A stretch of DNA of 63,635 bases, filler included, from Platydemus manokwari (lineage: Eukaryota): NCBI GenBank assembly GCA_037951405.1. It is 6 parts of 6 records of this genome, joined end to end, with 100 filler letters (N's around TTAATTAATTAA, not from the genome) between each part and the next. Parts side by side here need not be neighbours in the genome. Positions count along the whole stretch, not along the records: positions 20,516 to 31,936 come from JBBMOY010686652.1; positions 32,037 to 42,255 come from JBBMOY011157216.1; 4 more parts are not named here. The stretch is one strand, 5' to 3'. Both the position numbers and the translations under genes were made by a program. Below are positions 25,411 through 38,010 of the stretch, in pieces. Under the pieces are notes generated by a model. The model did no database searches and had not been told where the DNA came from. It was given only the letters and a program-made list of their open reading frames with translations. The first letter of the stretch is position 1. Every line of letters begins with the position of its first letter.

Positions 25411-25965
25411 TAAGATTGAAACGAAAGTCTTTTCGGATAGAAAATAATATTTATTTAACAAATAAGGACGCAGAAATTTACTGGACTCAGTTGGACAAAC
25501 TGGTAGATGCGATTCGAGTAAAGAGGTGCCGGTTGTGTGGAAACAGTTATGAAAAATTTCATTTCCTTCACGATATCGTTCGACCGCATACGTTTAACTC
25601 AAAATAAGCTTGTGCAATCAGTTTTACGGTAACAGCGCATCCACCATACACCCCAGACCTTGTCCCTTCTATTATCTGTTTTCTCCTATGAAAAACTCAG
25701 TTCATGGGAAAACTTATCACTCCGCTGAAGAGGTTAACGATGATTTGAAAAGTAGTTCGCAGCAAAACCTGAGAAATTCTATCAAAACAGCATAAAACAA
25801 CTTCCAGAACGCAGGTAAAAGTGTGTAGACTTTAATGATGATTATTTTCAACATTTCAGATTCACAGACGAATGGGGTTTTGTTTATATTTCTCAATTTA
25901 CATATTTTCTTCATTGGTTAAATAAATATTATTTTTAATCGGACAAGACTTTCGCTCCAATCCAA
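25411..25965 (+). mobile_element. Internally deleted mariner (DD34D) element with both TIRs
   Basis: Imperfect ~50-bp TIRs (25411-25460 versus the reverse complement of ~25915-25965), with TA after the right end. Transposase C-terminal remnant EIYWTQLDKL..FLHDIVRPHT..HPPYTPDL..YYLFSPMKN..KPEKFYQNSIKQLPER..DYF. Confidence 0.92.
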
Positions 25966-26589
25966 TATTATAATGATGATATTTTTGCAGCAATTTGTTG
26001 AATTACACACTGTTAAACTGACGAATCAATCGGTGTGAGTTTCTCGTGACAGAATTGATTCAAATAAATGACGTTGACAACTATAGTGCCAAATGGTTTT
26101 AGATTTTATACAACATATTTGGCAAAATTGCCAGCAAAATATATAAAATTATTCACTAAAATATCTCAAACAGTTGAAAACGAAATATCAATCTAATTAT
26201 TTTTCAACAAATCCAAAAAATTCAAAGAAAAACCAATCAATCCAAAATCAAAAAATTAATTGTCCAACTATTGTGGCTGAGAAATAGTCAGTTCCGTTTT
26301 TTTTTCCAAAAACTTTGAACCGGAAAATTTTTCAAATAAATTACCCTATCTTTGATTGTTATCCAGAAAAATACATCGCGACTTGAAGCTTTCACCAGTG
26401 TGACAATTAAAAATGTTCAATTATTATGATAGACAATTTAGATAAGTCGAAATTATCTGGAATAACTTTAATGATTTTTTTTGTACAGTAAAAACAGGAT
26501 TATTGCAATGTTTTAAAAATCAAAATGAAATGACGAAAAAAAATTATTATAAAATGGCAAAAAACAATTTTTTAATAACAAAATGGAGT

Positions 26590-27140
26590 GAATTTTCCAA
26601 TGATATAGTAGCTAGAAATTTATTCATTCCTTATAATTGTTCTTGAACGTTCTCATCAATCTTATATTCAAGATTTGATCATGAAATGAGAATTTAAAAA
26701 CAAACTGTAATTGTAGTTTCCATAGCAACAGCTAACACACATCGATAACCCAAACAAGACATGATTATTTAAACAATTTTTTGTGTTTACAAATGAGCCA
26801 CTGATAATGAGCCACAATTTTCCGAAAATTCAAAACAAATCATTAATTTTATGCAATTAATTTTTTAATAAAGAAAAACTGAATAACTTTTGCAATGATA
26901 TAGTAGCTAGAAATTTATTCATTCCTCATGGACTTTATATTCAAGATTTTGATCATGAAATGAGAATTTAAAACAAACTGAAATTATAGTTTCCATAGCA
27001 GCAGCTAACACACATTGTTTGGACAACCCAGATATGATTATTTAAATAAATTTATTTGGCTATACAAATTCGCTGATAATGAGCATCAATTTTCGGGAAA
27101 ATCAAAACAGATCATTTAATTTTATGGAAATAATTTTGTA
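26590..27140. repeat. Tandem duplication of a ~295-bp non-coding unit (2 copies)
   Basis: CAATGATATAGTAGCTAGAAATTTATTCATTCC occurs at 26598 and 26893, with continued similarity to ~27130. Confidence 0.9.
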
Positions 27141-27294
27141 TAATTTTAATCAGGGATGAGGACCTGGGCGAAACGAGTGTTATTTGGGGGGGGGGGGGGG
27201 TACGCTTTGATTATTTTCACAATTTGATTCACGATCATGATTATAATTAAAACAATTTTTAGCTATAAATTAAAACTTCAAATAAATAAATACA

Positions 27295-27450
27295 GAATTC
27301 GTCTTTTTATCCGCCACATTTTTCCAATGATAAAAAATTTAAAGTTCATTTTATTGTTCTTCTTTATTATTTTTCTTATAAAAAACTGCTCTTAACTGCC
27401 ATATTTTTCCAATTCCCAGAAGTGGCGGTTAGGGGGAGGATAACTGTGTT
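27295..27450 (+). repeat. Non-autonomous interspersed repeat (MITE-like), copy 1
   Basis: CCACATTTTTCC(A/G)ATGATAAAAAAT...TTCTTTATTATTTTT...CCA(C/T)ATTTTTCCAATTCC is shared with 41600-41725. Confidence 0.7.
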
Positions 27451-27490
27451 CAAATTATAATCAGCAGACATCTATATGCTCATTGGTGTA

Positions 27491-27492
<2 letters not shown>

Positions 27493-27560
<68 letters not shown>
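27493..27560. repeat. (ATT)n microsatellite
   Basis: About 22 ATT units. Confidence 0.95.
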
Positions 27561-28469
27561 TATTCAAACAAATAAAATCTCATTTAAACAAATAATTAGT
27601 CGATATAATCAGTTAGAAACTATTTGATATTGATTTTGTAATATTACCAGCTAATTTATGGGGAAATTATCAATATCAAAATGAGAATTATCATGGAAAC
27701 AAATGAAAATCGTCAAGAACAAACATTAATTGAGCACCTTTCATTGATATAATCGGGTAACGTGTAAGTATCTGGAACCATTTGCGTCAATAAGCCTTTT
27801 GAACCTAATGATTGGTGTTAATATGAAACAAATTAGAAATTAATCCATAAGTTATTACTATAATGTTTCAAAATAAAAGACGAATCCTCGATGCATGTTT
27901 TACAACAATTCTCTACCTACAAGACATAAATATGAAAACAAACATTGATTAATATTATTTCTGGGTTAATAATCGATATTTTTGTTTTAATTGATGTATT
28001 TTTCATATAAAAATGATTTGAGATTAGATAATAACTGATATAAAATATCCTTCAAATGACAGCCATGAGGATGACAGAGCTGGTAATTCTGGGGAAATAT
28101 TTATTTTCAAATCGATATTTTAACTTTAAAGTGAGCTCTAAACCAAAAATTGTGCTTGAACAATCACGGTTGAGAAAACCAGAGCAAAATAGATTGGGAT
28201 TAGATTAGTCGGGATGAACCGATTAGATTTATTCGAAACCTCCGCTATCGGGCGGATAAATAAATGGTAACAAAGTCATTGTTTTTCAGAGTAGAACATT
28301 GGGTAAAGAAACAAAAATTAAACATTTCTCATTTAAAATATTGCGCTTTGAGGGTGGTCATTAGAAACCAAATAATAGTGTAGAAAAACAAATGCATAAA
28401 TACTTCATTTTTATATAATAGAAGGTTTGATCACGAAAAATTAGCAACGAATTTCAAATATCCTCAAAA

Positions 28470-29062
28470 TCAGTTGGACTTATTTAACAGATCAAATCCA
28501 TTTTTTCTACGAAGCGTAAATCTTGGAGATAAAACATTTGGCTTCTAAAATGATCAATCAACTTTCATTGTGATAAATACAAAATAAATACAAAATTTCC
28601 TTTCCAAATGACAATATTTAACTTTAAGATTCACAATTGTTTTTCGTAAATCAGAGAAAATAGAAACAGTTAATAGAATAATTTTTTATTAGTAAATGAT
28701 GAAAATATTTTTTGGAAATTTATCATGAAATTTAGCATTTTAAATTAGACGAATAATAATAATTCAAATTTATTTATATTAAAATAATTCAAAATGATCA
28801 CTACTAATTCATAATGAAAAATATTCAATACGATTTTAAAAAACACCCACCAATTCACATATTTTGTTAGTAATTTCGATCTTTTCTTCGAACAACTTTT
28901 CACATCTTTCTACGATTTCATTTGGATTAATATCATTCGAAGTACTGGTAATTGTGGATTTAACATATTCTTTATAAGACTCTTTCAAAATTTTCAACTC
29001 TTGATCTTTCATTTGCAAATTTTTACTGAGAAGTATTAAATCATCATTGAGCTTCTTCAAGT
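28470..29062 (-). CDS. Two putative 3' exons (28851-29062, 28470-28544) of an unidentified coiled-coil protein
   Basis: The first exon is bounded by ccaatag| and |gtgggt and encodes heptad-like LKKLNDDLILLSKNLQMKDQELKILKESY...CEKLFEEKIEITNKICEL. A phase-compatible last exon (ttttag|KPNVLSPRF...KSN*) follows. Upstream exons were not found. Confidence 0.5.
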
Positions 29063-30149
29063 CTATTGGTATTAATAAATACATTAATGATTAATTAAAC
29101 CAATGATTAAATATACTTTGACTTAATTTTAATTTATAAAAATTATTCATATTTATAATAAAAACTGAATTGGTTTTATACTTTTAAATTAATTACTTAT
29201 CATGCATACACAATAACTATTATTATACTGAAATTTGTGAATATTTCTTAAATCTCGTTAAATCGTAATAGATTATTTAAACAAACTGTTTAATAAATAA
29301 TTATAAAAATATTATGACTATGATTTTCATTAGATATCATTTCAAAGACTGGGATTTCAAAAACAGGGATTAATAAATATTTAGAACTCAAAATAAAAAT
29401 TTATCAAATTTAATGAAATGAAGAACATCTAAGAATTATTTTTAGTGAAGTTTTAAACTAACTTTAAAACTTCTACAAATTTACTATATATCATAATTAT
29501 TATAACCGGACCAAGTAAATTGAGGATAATTTGATTAAACTGCACTTATGCAAAGCATACACATCTATTGTTTTTAAAATGAAATTAATATAAGAAAATA
29601 TGATAGAAAAATATGAATATTTAAAAATTCTTCATGGAAATCGAAAAACATTGTTTAAGTTATTTTGATGAACTCAAAAAATATACAACAATCAATAGTT
29701 AATTCAAAGTAAATAGTAAAATTAATTTACTAAATCTATGTTAATGGGATTTGGAATAATGGGGAACGTTTATAGGAACTAAAGTTTATTTAAATGAGCC
29801 GAGAATGCATTGAAGATTCTTTCTGCCAATTTTAGAAGCTATGTTTTCAAATTTTGATTGTTTTGTTTTTTGAGTTTGAAGATTTGTAGGACATGGCACG
29901 AAATCTTACATGAAAGAGAGGTTGTAAATTGCCACTAAATCTTGAATGAATGCATTAGTCAGTAGGGTTTTAGTTCCGATCCTCACTTATATTACATGCA
30001 TCGCTAGCGTACACCAAATTTGAAACTTTATGAGTATTTGAGAAGTTTTCTAAAGAACAATAGAAACAATGTACTCCTAAGTGGCAAAAAATATGAAAAA
30101 CAATGCGCAGGCTCAGTTTTAGGCTGGTAGTTTATTAATGTCAATGATA

Positions 30150-30850
30150 TATTGTTTTGATGACATAAGGTCTACATAAATTAAATATTCAAATGTGATC
30201 CTAATGAGTTTATTATGGAAGGTTTGAGAAACTTATTTTATGTTATTCAGATATAGGCAATACATTAAACCGTTCAATTAAAGTTATCTAGCAACTACAG
30301 TGCTTTGTACAGCCGTAGTCAGAAAACAGTGCTTTCCTATTTTAGAGAGAATCTTTCGAGATTTATGAAAATTGACGATTATTTACTATGGTATATCAGA
30401 CATTGATAAGTAACTTGATATCAAGTAGAAATAAGATGTTAAATAAAATGCTTCCTTGTTTTCAATATAATCTTGTTTTATTCATAGTTCAAAGACCCGC
30501 AGTAAGTGTTCTACCCTAAAATTACATTGAAAAAATCAAATTGTCATCATTCAGTATTGATGAGATCATTTATCTCAATAGCTAAGTGACTCAAATTGTC
30601 AAGGTTGACATATTTTCTTGAAACTTTGACTTGCTAGTAAGACAGATTAATTGACCCATGTTAGGCTAGAAATGATGTTGCTGAAGCGAAAAATTTAAAG
30701 TCATATCCTCAAGGTTCAAATTGGAAAGATGTATAGCTGATTGAAGAAGATTAATAATGTTCTTATAATAATGTGTCTTATTATCGATTCAGAGAAAAAA
30801 TCGATCAACTTACTGGATGAAAAATGTATTTTGCATTTACTGCAGCTTTA
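30150..30850 (+). mobile_element. Highly decayed BEL/Pao-like retrotransposon pol
   Basis: Fragments in the expected order: DI...*IKY...SLLWK...YRQ..KPF (RT), IDDYF, then WK..IAD.KKINNVLI..C....QLTG...AFTAA (Pao RNase H-like region). Very degenerate. Confidence 0.45.
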
Positions 30851-31835
30851 AGAATTTCACTTAAATTCGACCAAACTAGTTAAATAAATTAAGGCAAGAA
30901 CCTTGAAGAATAGATGATGGTTTATATAACGACAGACTTGGGTTACTGAGTCACAACATGATTGTATTCCTGGTACAGTGGACTTGTACGGAGATTGAAA
31001 GTGATGTTCTTATCGCAGTAGACCAGGGCATGTCAAACGGCAATAAATGTCAGCAGTTGAGAAACGATTGAGTGAGAGATCATTAGGTAGGCAAGAAATT
31101 TTGGAGAAAGTTATCAAATGTATGTCAGGGATTCTATACTTTATCAGAGAAAACTGGATCAGCAAAAGGAGACTTCGATAGAATATAGAGGAACCTGTGA
31201 TGTCAAGAAAACTAATTCTCCGTATAAACACATTTTTCTCATTTGCTTGTGAATCCGATGTCAGAATTTAAAGCAGACGATAAGTTCGACCTTTGATGCA
31301 CCATACTTATTTTTTGTCAATTTTCCTCACATTTATAAATACATGAGAAACAAATAAAAGCAATCAGTATTTCGTTACGTAAGGAGTCATATGACTTTTT
31401 CGTTTAATCAGTATCTTTCGACAAAAACTCATGTATTTCTAATTTCTCAAAATTCTCGAAAGCAGTAATAAAAAGTCTATTTTATTGAGATGTGAAATAC
31501 AGTATTCAATATTGAATGAAAATTTCCCATCACAATTTAATATTCCAGTGTATTTAATTACAAATTTGAAATTGTCATAAAAATTTTATCAAAAATTTCT
31601 TGGTTTTTATCGAAATTTAATTTTAACTAATTTTACTTGATTAATAAAACACACATTTATTTACAATTGTAATACATAATAAATGAAATTAAGATAATTG
31701 GTATTGTGGTGAACATTTAGTTCAAAATTGACATTTGCCAAAGCTTGCTGGTTAAGTTTTTGTTTTTAATTTCTGAAAAATTTCTTTAAAACAAATTTTT
31801 TTAAATTTAAATCTTCCAAATATTCAAATTAAATT

Positions 31836-31936
31836 GGGTGTGGAAGAAGTTCAATCGCTTCAAGATTTTTGATCTTTTCCTGGGTTCGTCTGGCAGTATG
31901 AGGTTTTGCGTTGTCTCGTTGCAGGATTACGCGCTT
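31836..31936 (-). mobile_element. Mariner transposase fragment at contig end
   Basis: KRVILQRDNAKPHTARRTQEKIKNLEAIELLPHP (second catalytic Asp region). Confidence 0.85.
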
Positions 31937-32036
31937 NNNNNNNNNNNNNNNNNNNNNNNNNNNNNNNNNNNNNNNNNNNNTTAATTAATTAANNNNNNNN
32001 NNNNNNNNNNNNNNNNNNNNNNNNNNNNNNNNNNNN
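31937..32036. other. Artificial contig linker
   Basis: N44-TTAATTAATTAA-N44. Confidence 0.99.
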
Positions 32037-32250
32037 TTTGTATTGAATATAATAATAATTATATCTTATTTATATCGAATCATTTATTTTATCCTTGATT
32101 TATAATATAAGCTCATATCATATTCATTATATACATACACCTTTTGGAGTCAAGTGTACCAATTAAATATTATTCACATAACTTTTAATTTGCTTTGATA
32201 CAAATTATATTTAATCGACAAATTTAGTAAACCCAACAGATCGGTTACCA
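32037..32250 (+). mobile_element. LTR family B 3' end and PBS-like junction
   Basis: ...CATACATACACCTTTTGGAGTCAAGTGTA matches the reverse complement of 37590-37710 and also 52970-52995. Confidence 0.65.
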
Positions 32251-32482
32251 CGATAATTTATCTGAATAGATTCGAGATTAACTAAATTTATAATATAATA
32301 AATGATTTATTTTTGCAAGATGTTTTCACCAATTTTTCATATACGAAATTTGTCATTGTTACATGATCACAAACTGAAAATTACAAAGATTTGGACTCAA
32401 AGATTATGACAAAAATTTCATCTCAACCATACTGTCTGATACAATCTAGTCTTGATATCTATTCTAAAATAATAGACAATCC

Positions 32483-35400
32483 TTAGTTACTGGGATTCTC
32501 ATTGCGTTTGAGCATATTTCGAGGATGCTCCTTTAGTGCATTGTACATGAATTGTACGTAAGTGTACACACATTTCTCATCGGGTGAGTCCAGTACAAGC
32601 ATGTCTTCCGGGTCCAGCAGAGGTTCTATGCCACCATACTTCCTTAACAAACTTATGTTTATCCAGCAAATATTAACAAAGCGTAACTTCGCAGTTTCAA
32701 AGGCTAATTTTAAATTCCTGAGTGGATTTTTCGATGAAAGAGAATTGTAATCGAAGGAATTTGGATAAAAGTGATGAATCAGTGCACAGAAAGCCAGACC
32801 ATCAGCCCAAGATTTCGAATAATTTGTTATTTGGATATTCTGAATGATAACAATTATTTCAAATTTTCGTATTTTTTGCGTTAATATGCATTAAAAAGTG
32901 CTCTAAATGGAAGCAATGCTGAACTCATAGCAGCTAATAGCAGTCTACTCTCTACTTGGTACTCGATGGTATTTTTCTGAAGCCATAAGAGTAATTTGTC
33001 TCTCAATGAGCCTTTTGACTGGTAACCAATAATATGTGCACTTCCTTTTCGAGTAAGAGAAGACCCCTGTCTGCAAATTGACATAGTTGTGGATAACTCG
33101 AGTACAGAATTACAATGTTTATATATAAATATAAATATAAATATATATTTGTAGCAGCATTAATGAGTTGTGCTTGATTCAAGAACTTTAGTAGATTGTG
33201 CAAAAATATTTATAAAAATAATAATAAGAATAATAATAATAATCATATTATCCAATAACAGCATATACAAGGTGATGTGCTCTATTTACAAATTATGTTT
33301 TTGACGAGACCTCATATTCTTTAGTGTTTTCTTGACAGAATTCAATAATATGTGCCTTTATTGCCTGCACTGATGAACGGGCAGTCTGTGCCCTCCTCTT
33401 CATTTGGGGAATCACCTTCATAACACTCCTGAAGACATAGTTAGACAACCACAAAGATTGAAGTGAATAGAGTAAAATATAACAGAAAAAACAAATTAAA
33501 CTTGCTGCAGTTTACATAGAGCCTGAATCTTGAAAATCATCCCGAATTATTATTTTTATTAATATTCATTATTATAACTAATTTTGTTGCTATTATTTAT
33601 TACAACAAACTATATAACAGGAACAATAAAATTAAAATTTTCTAGTTCTTAACATAATCTATTATACATTTTTTACTATTGGAATAGAATTTTCTCAACT
33701 TGCTTCTTATGTTGGGTACAGACCCCACTCCAAAAACGATAATGATAATAATAATTTAATTTTTTTTTCATTATGTTCAAGATTTTTCCAATATTTTTCA
33801 TGGTTTATACTAAATACAACTAAGAAATGATCTATAAATTACAGCATAGATTGATCCATAAATTTTTTGGGTGTAACTTTAATCCCAATCATTAGTAAGG
33901 CTTTCAATGGGATACATGGCTTTTACGGGCAAAAGCAAGAAGGAATCATCGTTATTTAATAATACAAAGCAATACAATTTGAAATAATCAATCAATTTAT
34001 TAATTAAATAACGACTTGTTTATTTATTCAATATTGCATTTTATTGTATTCTATTTCGATCTCATATTTCATTATTTCATTGAAATATTCTTTATTTAAT
34101 TATATTTTAAAGTGTTATAATTACTGGAGTAACCACATCTATTGGATCTAGGTTTTAATAATATAAAGTAGTATTTTATACTTGAAATCTGATCACCGAT
34201 AAACTCTTATTGTGACAAGTCATTGATTAATATAGAGCTTCTTTAGATTTTTAAATCTATCGTAAAATAATAAGCCAATCAAAGTATGGCATAGTTCAAC
34301 ATTATTGATTTTCATTTTACAATGTAGTGAATATTTAAATTCGCATTCATTTAATTTTATCATTGATTAATAATCAATAATAGTGCCTTTCGGGTGAACT
34401 TATAAAAATTACAATAATGAAATATATTTTAATGTTTATATTTCAACTATAATATGGATAAATAAACTTACGTCGCACTAATTTTACGAGTTCGCGCTCC
34501 CGACGCTGTTGTAGTATTTTCACCAGAATTGATTTCTGATAAATTGACAAATTAAGTAGATAATATATTTTCGAAATGTTTTCATGTCATTTTAACCATA
34601 TATAAAAGTAAATAAAATCAAATGTCGCACTTATCCGTAGAAATTGGGAGTTTAGTAACAGATGTGAAAATCGTGCAAAACCAATAATCAATCAGGAATA
34701 AAGATTAAAATAACGAACTTGAAAATAAACAGTGAAGTGTTGGATAAGGGCACTCGCTCTAATTCTTTGACGAATAAAAATGTAAAATCAAATTCGACGC
34801 ATGAAAATTACAAGCAAAAAAAGGATTTCAATCACTGAGAAATTCCACGAACGTGATTCTTATCAGAATCAAATATCGTAATCAACTATAAAGGTGATAT
34901 TTGAGAAAAATAGTCTTTGACCAAATACTAATCAAGTATAATCTCGAGTTCTTGTCTAAAACGCATTCTCTCGATACTCATATCTTCTTGCTTGGAATAG
35001 GTGGGATACATTTAGAGCAATTGCTGAGATTTTATTTGTTAATTCTTCAAGGGACAAGCCTTACGCTTAATATCCACGTATTGTTTCCATTAACTTTAAA
35101 CAAGACTTCAAAATATCCTTTGGAATAATTTTTATTTGATGGGTCGAATATGCTATGGGTCGAAATATTTACATTAAAACCCACACTTCTGAGTCGCACA
35201 TGACTCCTGGACATAAACTAATAAAAGAATGTCAAAACATAAATATAGATGACTGGATATAACTGGATAACAAATAATTTAATCGCGTACCTCGTCTAGG
35301 ATTTGATTTTGTCAGATTCATTTTTAGCGACGAATTTATTAGATCATTTATTTCTTGGTCAGTCAAAGCTTTGACTTTCTGGGATTTTTTGGAATCGCCT

Positions 35401-36690
35401 GAATATTTTTCCAAGCAGTTAATTTAGATAAAACGATAAAAACTCACCAATATTAGTCGGTTTCTCAAATACTTGTCTCGCACTAGCAACTCTAGAAAGA
35501 TTGGTTTTCACAGGTGTTTTCGGCGAACTAGAGATTGAATTCTTGGGAATCGGTATCAAACTGGATTCATTTATGTAAAAGCTATTTCGAGTCTTCTCAT
35601 TAGGTTTGTCGACATCTGTTTCGATTCTTGTGTCTGAAAAACATTATGTTTATAAAGATAAAATATTAACCTTGCGCTAATCTTTGATTGATAACAACCG
35701 ATGCAGGCCTTTCAACATAGGCCTGGCGATCGGGTTTCAAAGGAATTGATGACCTCATTTCAAAAGACTTTTTTTCAGGTTTTGTTGGTGTTATAGGTGT
35801 CTTAACGTTGGATTTTACTGAAGGAACATTATTCTGATTAATTTCGCTTGTTGGCAGTAACGATTTTTCCTTATTGCTGTCTTGTTGCGTTGGACTTTGA
35901 TAAGTTCTCGTATAGGATTTAGTAACAGGAGCACTATTTTGATTGGTCTTCGAGTCATTCCATAAGGAATTTAGCATTTGTTTTGTAAAATCGGCATCAG
36001 TATTAGATGTTCTGATTTCATCTTTCTAAGCATTTATTTAAAATAAAGTAAGATCCAGTTTTACCTTAGTAACATTGACTTTATTGCTAGGGGTTATCGA
36101 ATTGACTTTTGTTGCCGACGAGTTAATATTGGATTTTTCTACGTTTTCCTCCAGATTTGAGTTCTCTTCTCTGATCAACTGAGTATCACAAATTGATTGA
36201 CTAAAAGAAATGGGTAATTTTATCATTCAATATCCACCAAATACCCTTTCAAACAGTTACACTTCTCTTCCAGTTCTAGGATGTCTTTTCTAAGCTGTCT
36301 ACGACTTGCAAGATCAACGGTCTCATCTAGCTGTGAGAAAATCAGCTATTTTTTGGAAATATACTTTAGCAAATCAAACTTCTTTCTTTAACAGGCAAAT
36401 TTTCTGCATGCATTGTTCTTGTTCGGTTCCAGAATTCGATTGTTTGAGAGAATTCTTATCTTTGGTAGAATTTGAAGATGAACTAACGGAGTCTCCTTTT
36501 TTCATCTAAATAAAGATTAAAAAATCCCATCTCCGGAGAAACACTAGGTGAATCATACGATTTTTACGTCTTCAGATGTGATTTGATTGCAGGAATCCAA
36601 CGTTTTGGGATTGTCTGAATTATAATTTGATTTATTACGCATTGCTTTCCTGAGCAGTCGCCGTCTAGTGATTGAAGACTCTTGGATTAG
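32483..36690 (-). CDS. SMTN: Smoothelin-like protein (multi-exon; smoothelin repeats plus C-terminal calponin-homology domain); 5' end unresolved
   Basis: GT-AG exons include 36559-36690 (LIQESSITRRRLLRKAMR), an exon near 36245-36330 (LDETVDLASRRQLRKDILEL), Ser/Thr/Pro-rich exons at 35291-36200, 34472-34535, alternative exons 33311-33428 or 32956-33070, then 32688-32839 (NIQITNYSKSWADGLAFCALIHHFYPNSFDY) and 32483-32642 (GIEPLLDPEDML..PDEKCVYTYVQFMY...stop). Phases are compatible across the 3' exons. Confidence 0.85.
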
Positions 36691-37579
36691 CTATAATAGA
36701 TAATTATCTTTAATACAGTGAACATAATGTTATTAAACTATAATGATGGAAACGTGTAATGGCTTTGTTGAGTTAACTATTAGTAGCAAACTCAACAGTA
36801 GCCTTCTGTTACCATTAGCAATGTTATGTTTAATGTTCATAGTTTGTGATTGTTATATATATTTAATTAATCGCATCGCTACATTGTTTAATGAAAATTC
36901 ATTGTATTTGCGTTCATTGGATATTTTTTATTACATCATCTGTTTGTTCGGGTTCTATTTCTCGCATAGATTCAACAATTTTTAAAAGACATAACTGCAT
37001 ATCTATATCTTACAGATTTAATTTATTACAAAAAGTCAAACCTCAAACATCTATCATTCCTAGAATCTTCTTATAGAAGAATACATTTTACACTATCGAG
37101 TTGATAGTCTAAATACCCTTTATCGAATATGCCTCTACTTTTGTTGCGGATACACCAAAAAAATCTCGATAATAACAGATAATCTAATAACCATAATCTA
37201 GTATCAATCTCAATAATCACGAGATCTTTCGAAAAGCCTCATCAATAAATCAGATCAAAATAAATAATCGAAGAGCATTTTGTTATAAACGATGATATTT
37301 CCCAAGATAACCGAACATAATAATTAATTCTGTGCAAGGAAACACTAAATATTTTGTGATAATATTTTATGTTATAATGTGAGGATATATTTTCATGAAT
37401 GATGGCATTTAAATTATGTTGCGGTGATGTTAAATAGGAATACAATGCATTGTTGGGTTTCACAATAAGTTTCGATTTGGTATAAGATGGATCAGAATAT
37501 ATTGAAGATGTATGATAATCGGTTTATTTCATATTCTAGATCATTAAGTATGTCAAACCCTAAATTGTTTTTATGAGCA

Positions 37580-38010
37580 ATATTAATAGATACACATGAC
37601 TCCAAAGGGTGTATGTATGACTATTGGTAATATTAAAAAGTTGGTATATAAATCAATAATAAAATAGATAATTCAATTGGTAAGATAAAATTATCATTAA
37701 AAATACAAGATCTGGCTGCTGTACAATAATGAAATAAAGCACGCTAATTAAATGGCAGTTATTTAGGCTAATAACCAGAAGGAAAATTACGTCGTTAATT
37801 AAAATTGCTAGTGTTTTGGTTCTATCATGGTAAAACTAGATAATTTTAAGGTTTTATTTTAATGGTTGTGCTGGTAAGGGCCCTTATTGATTAATATTTT
37901 ATTTGTGGTAAGGTCTAATGGCACTGTAACAGCGAAAGTAGGAGCTCAGTTTATATATAAGTTTTCAATTATTTTTACTGCAGCTGAACCGGATTGAATC
38001 TCTAGTTTTT
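37580..38010 (-). mobile_element. LTR family B 3' part and PBS-like junction
   Basis: TGACTCCAAAGGGTGTATG at 37597, plus the motifs TAACCAG, GTAAG(G/A)GCCCTT, GGCAC and TGAAC(C/T)GG shared with 50262-50680. Confidence 0.65.

Noticed and set aside
27150-27180. GATGAGGACCTGGGCGAAAC as a hammerhead ribozyme
   Set aside because: The core lacks the initial CT, stem II is imperfect, and no stems I/III are evident.
28836-29084. ING-family N-terminal domain call for the coiled-coil exon (EEKIEITNKICEL)
   Set aside because: The resemblance is limited to a generic helix. No following VDxHxRxLD segment or PHD finger was found.
32152-37597. Inverted TGGAGTCA motifs flanking the smoothelin gene as TIRs of a gene-capturing transposon
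   Set aside because: The same motif occurs in other contigs with homology on both sides. Two independent LTR-family insertions explain it more simply.
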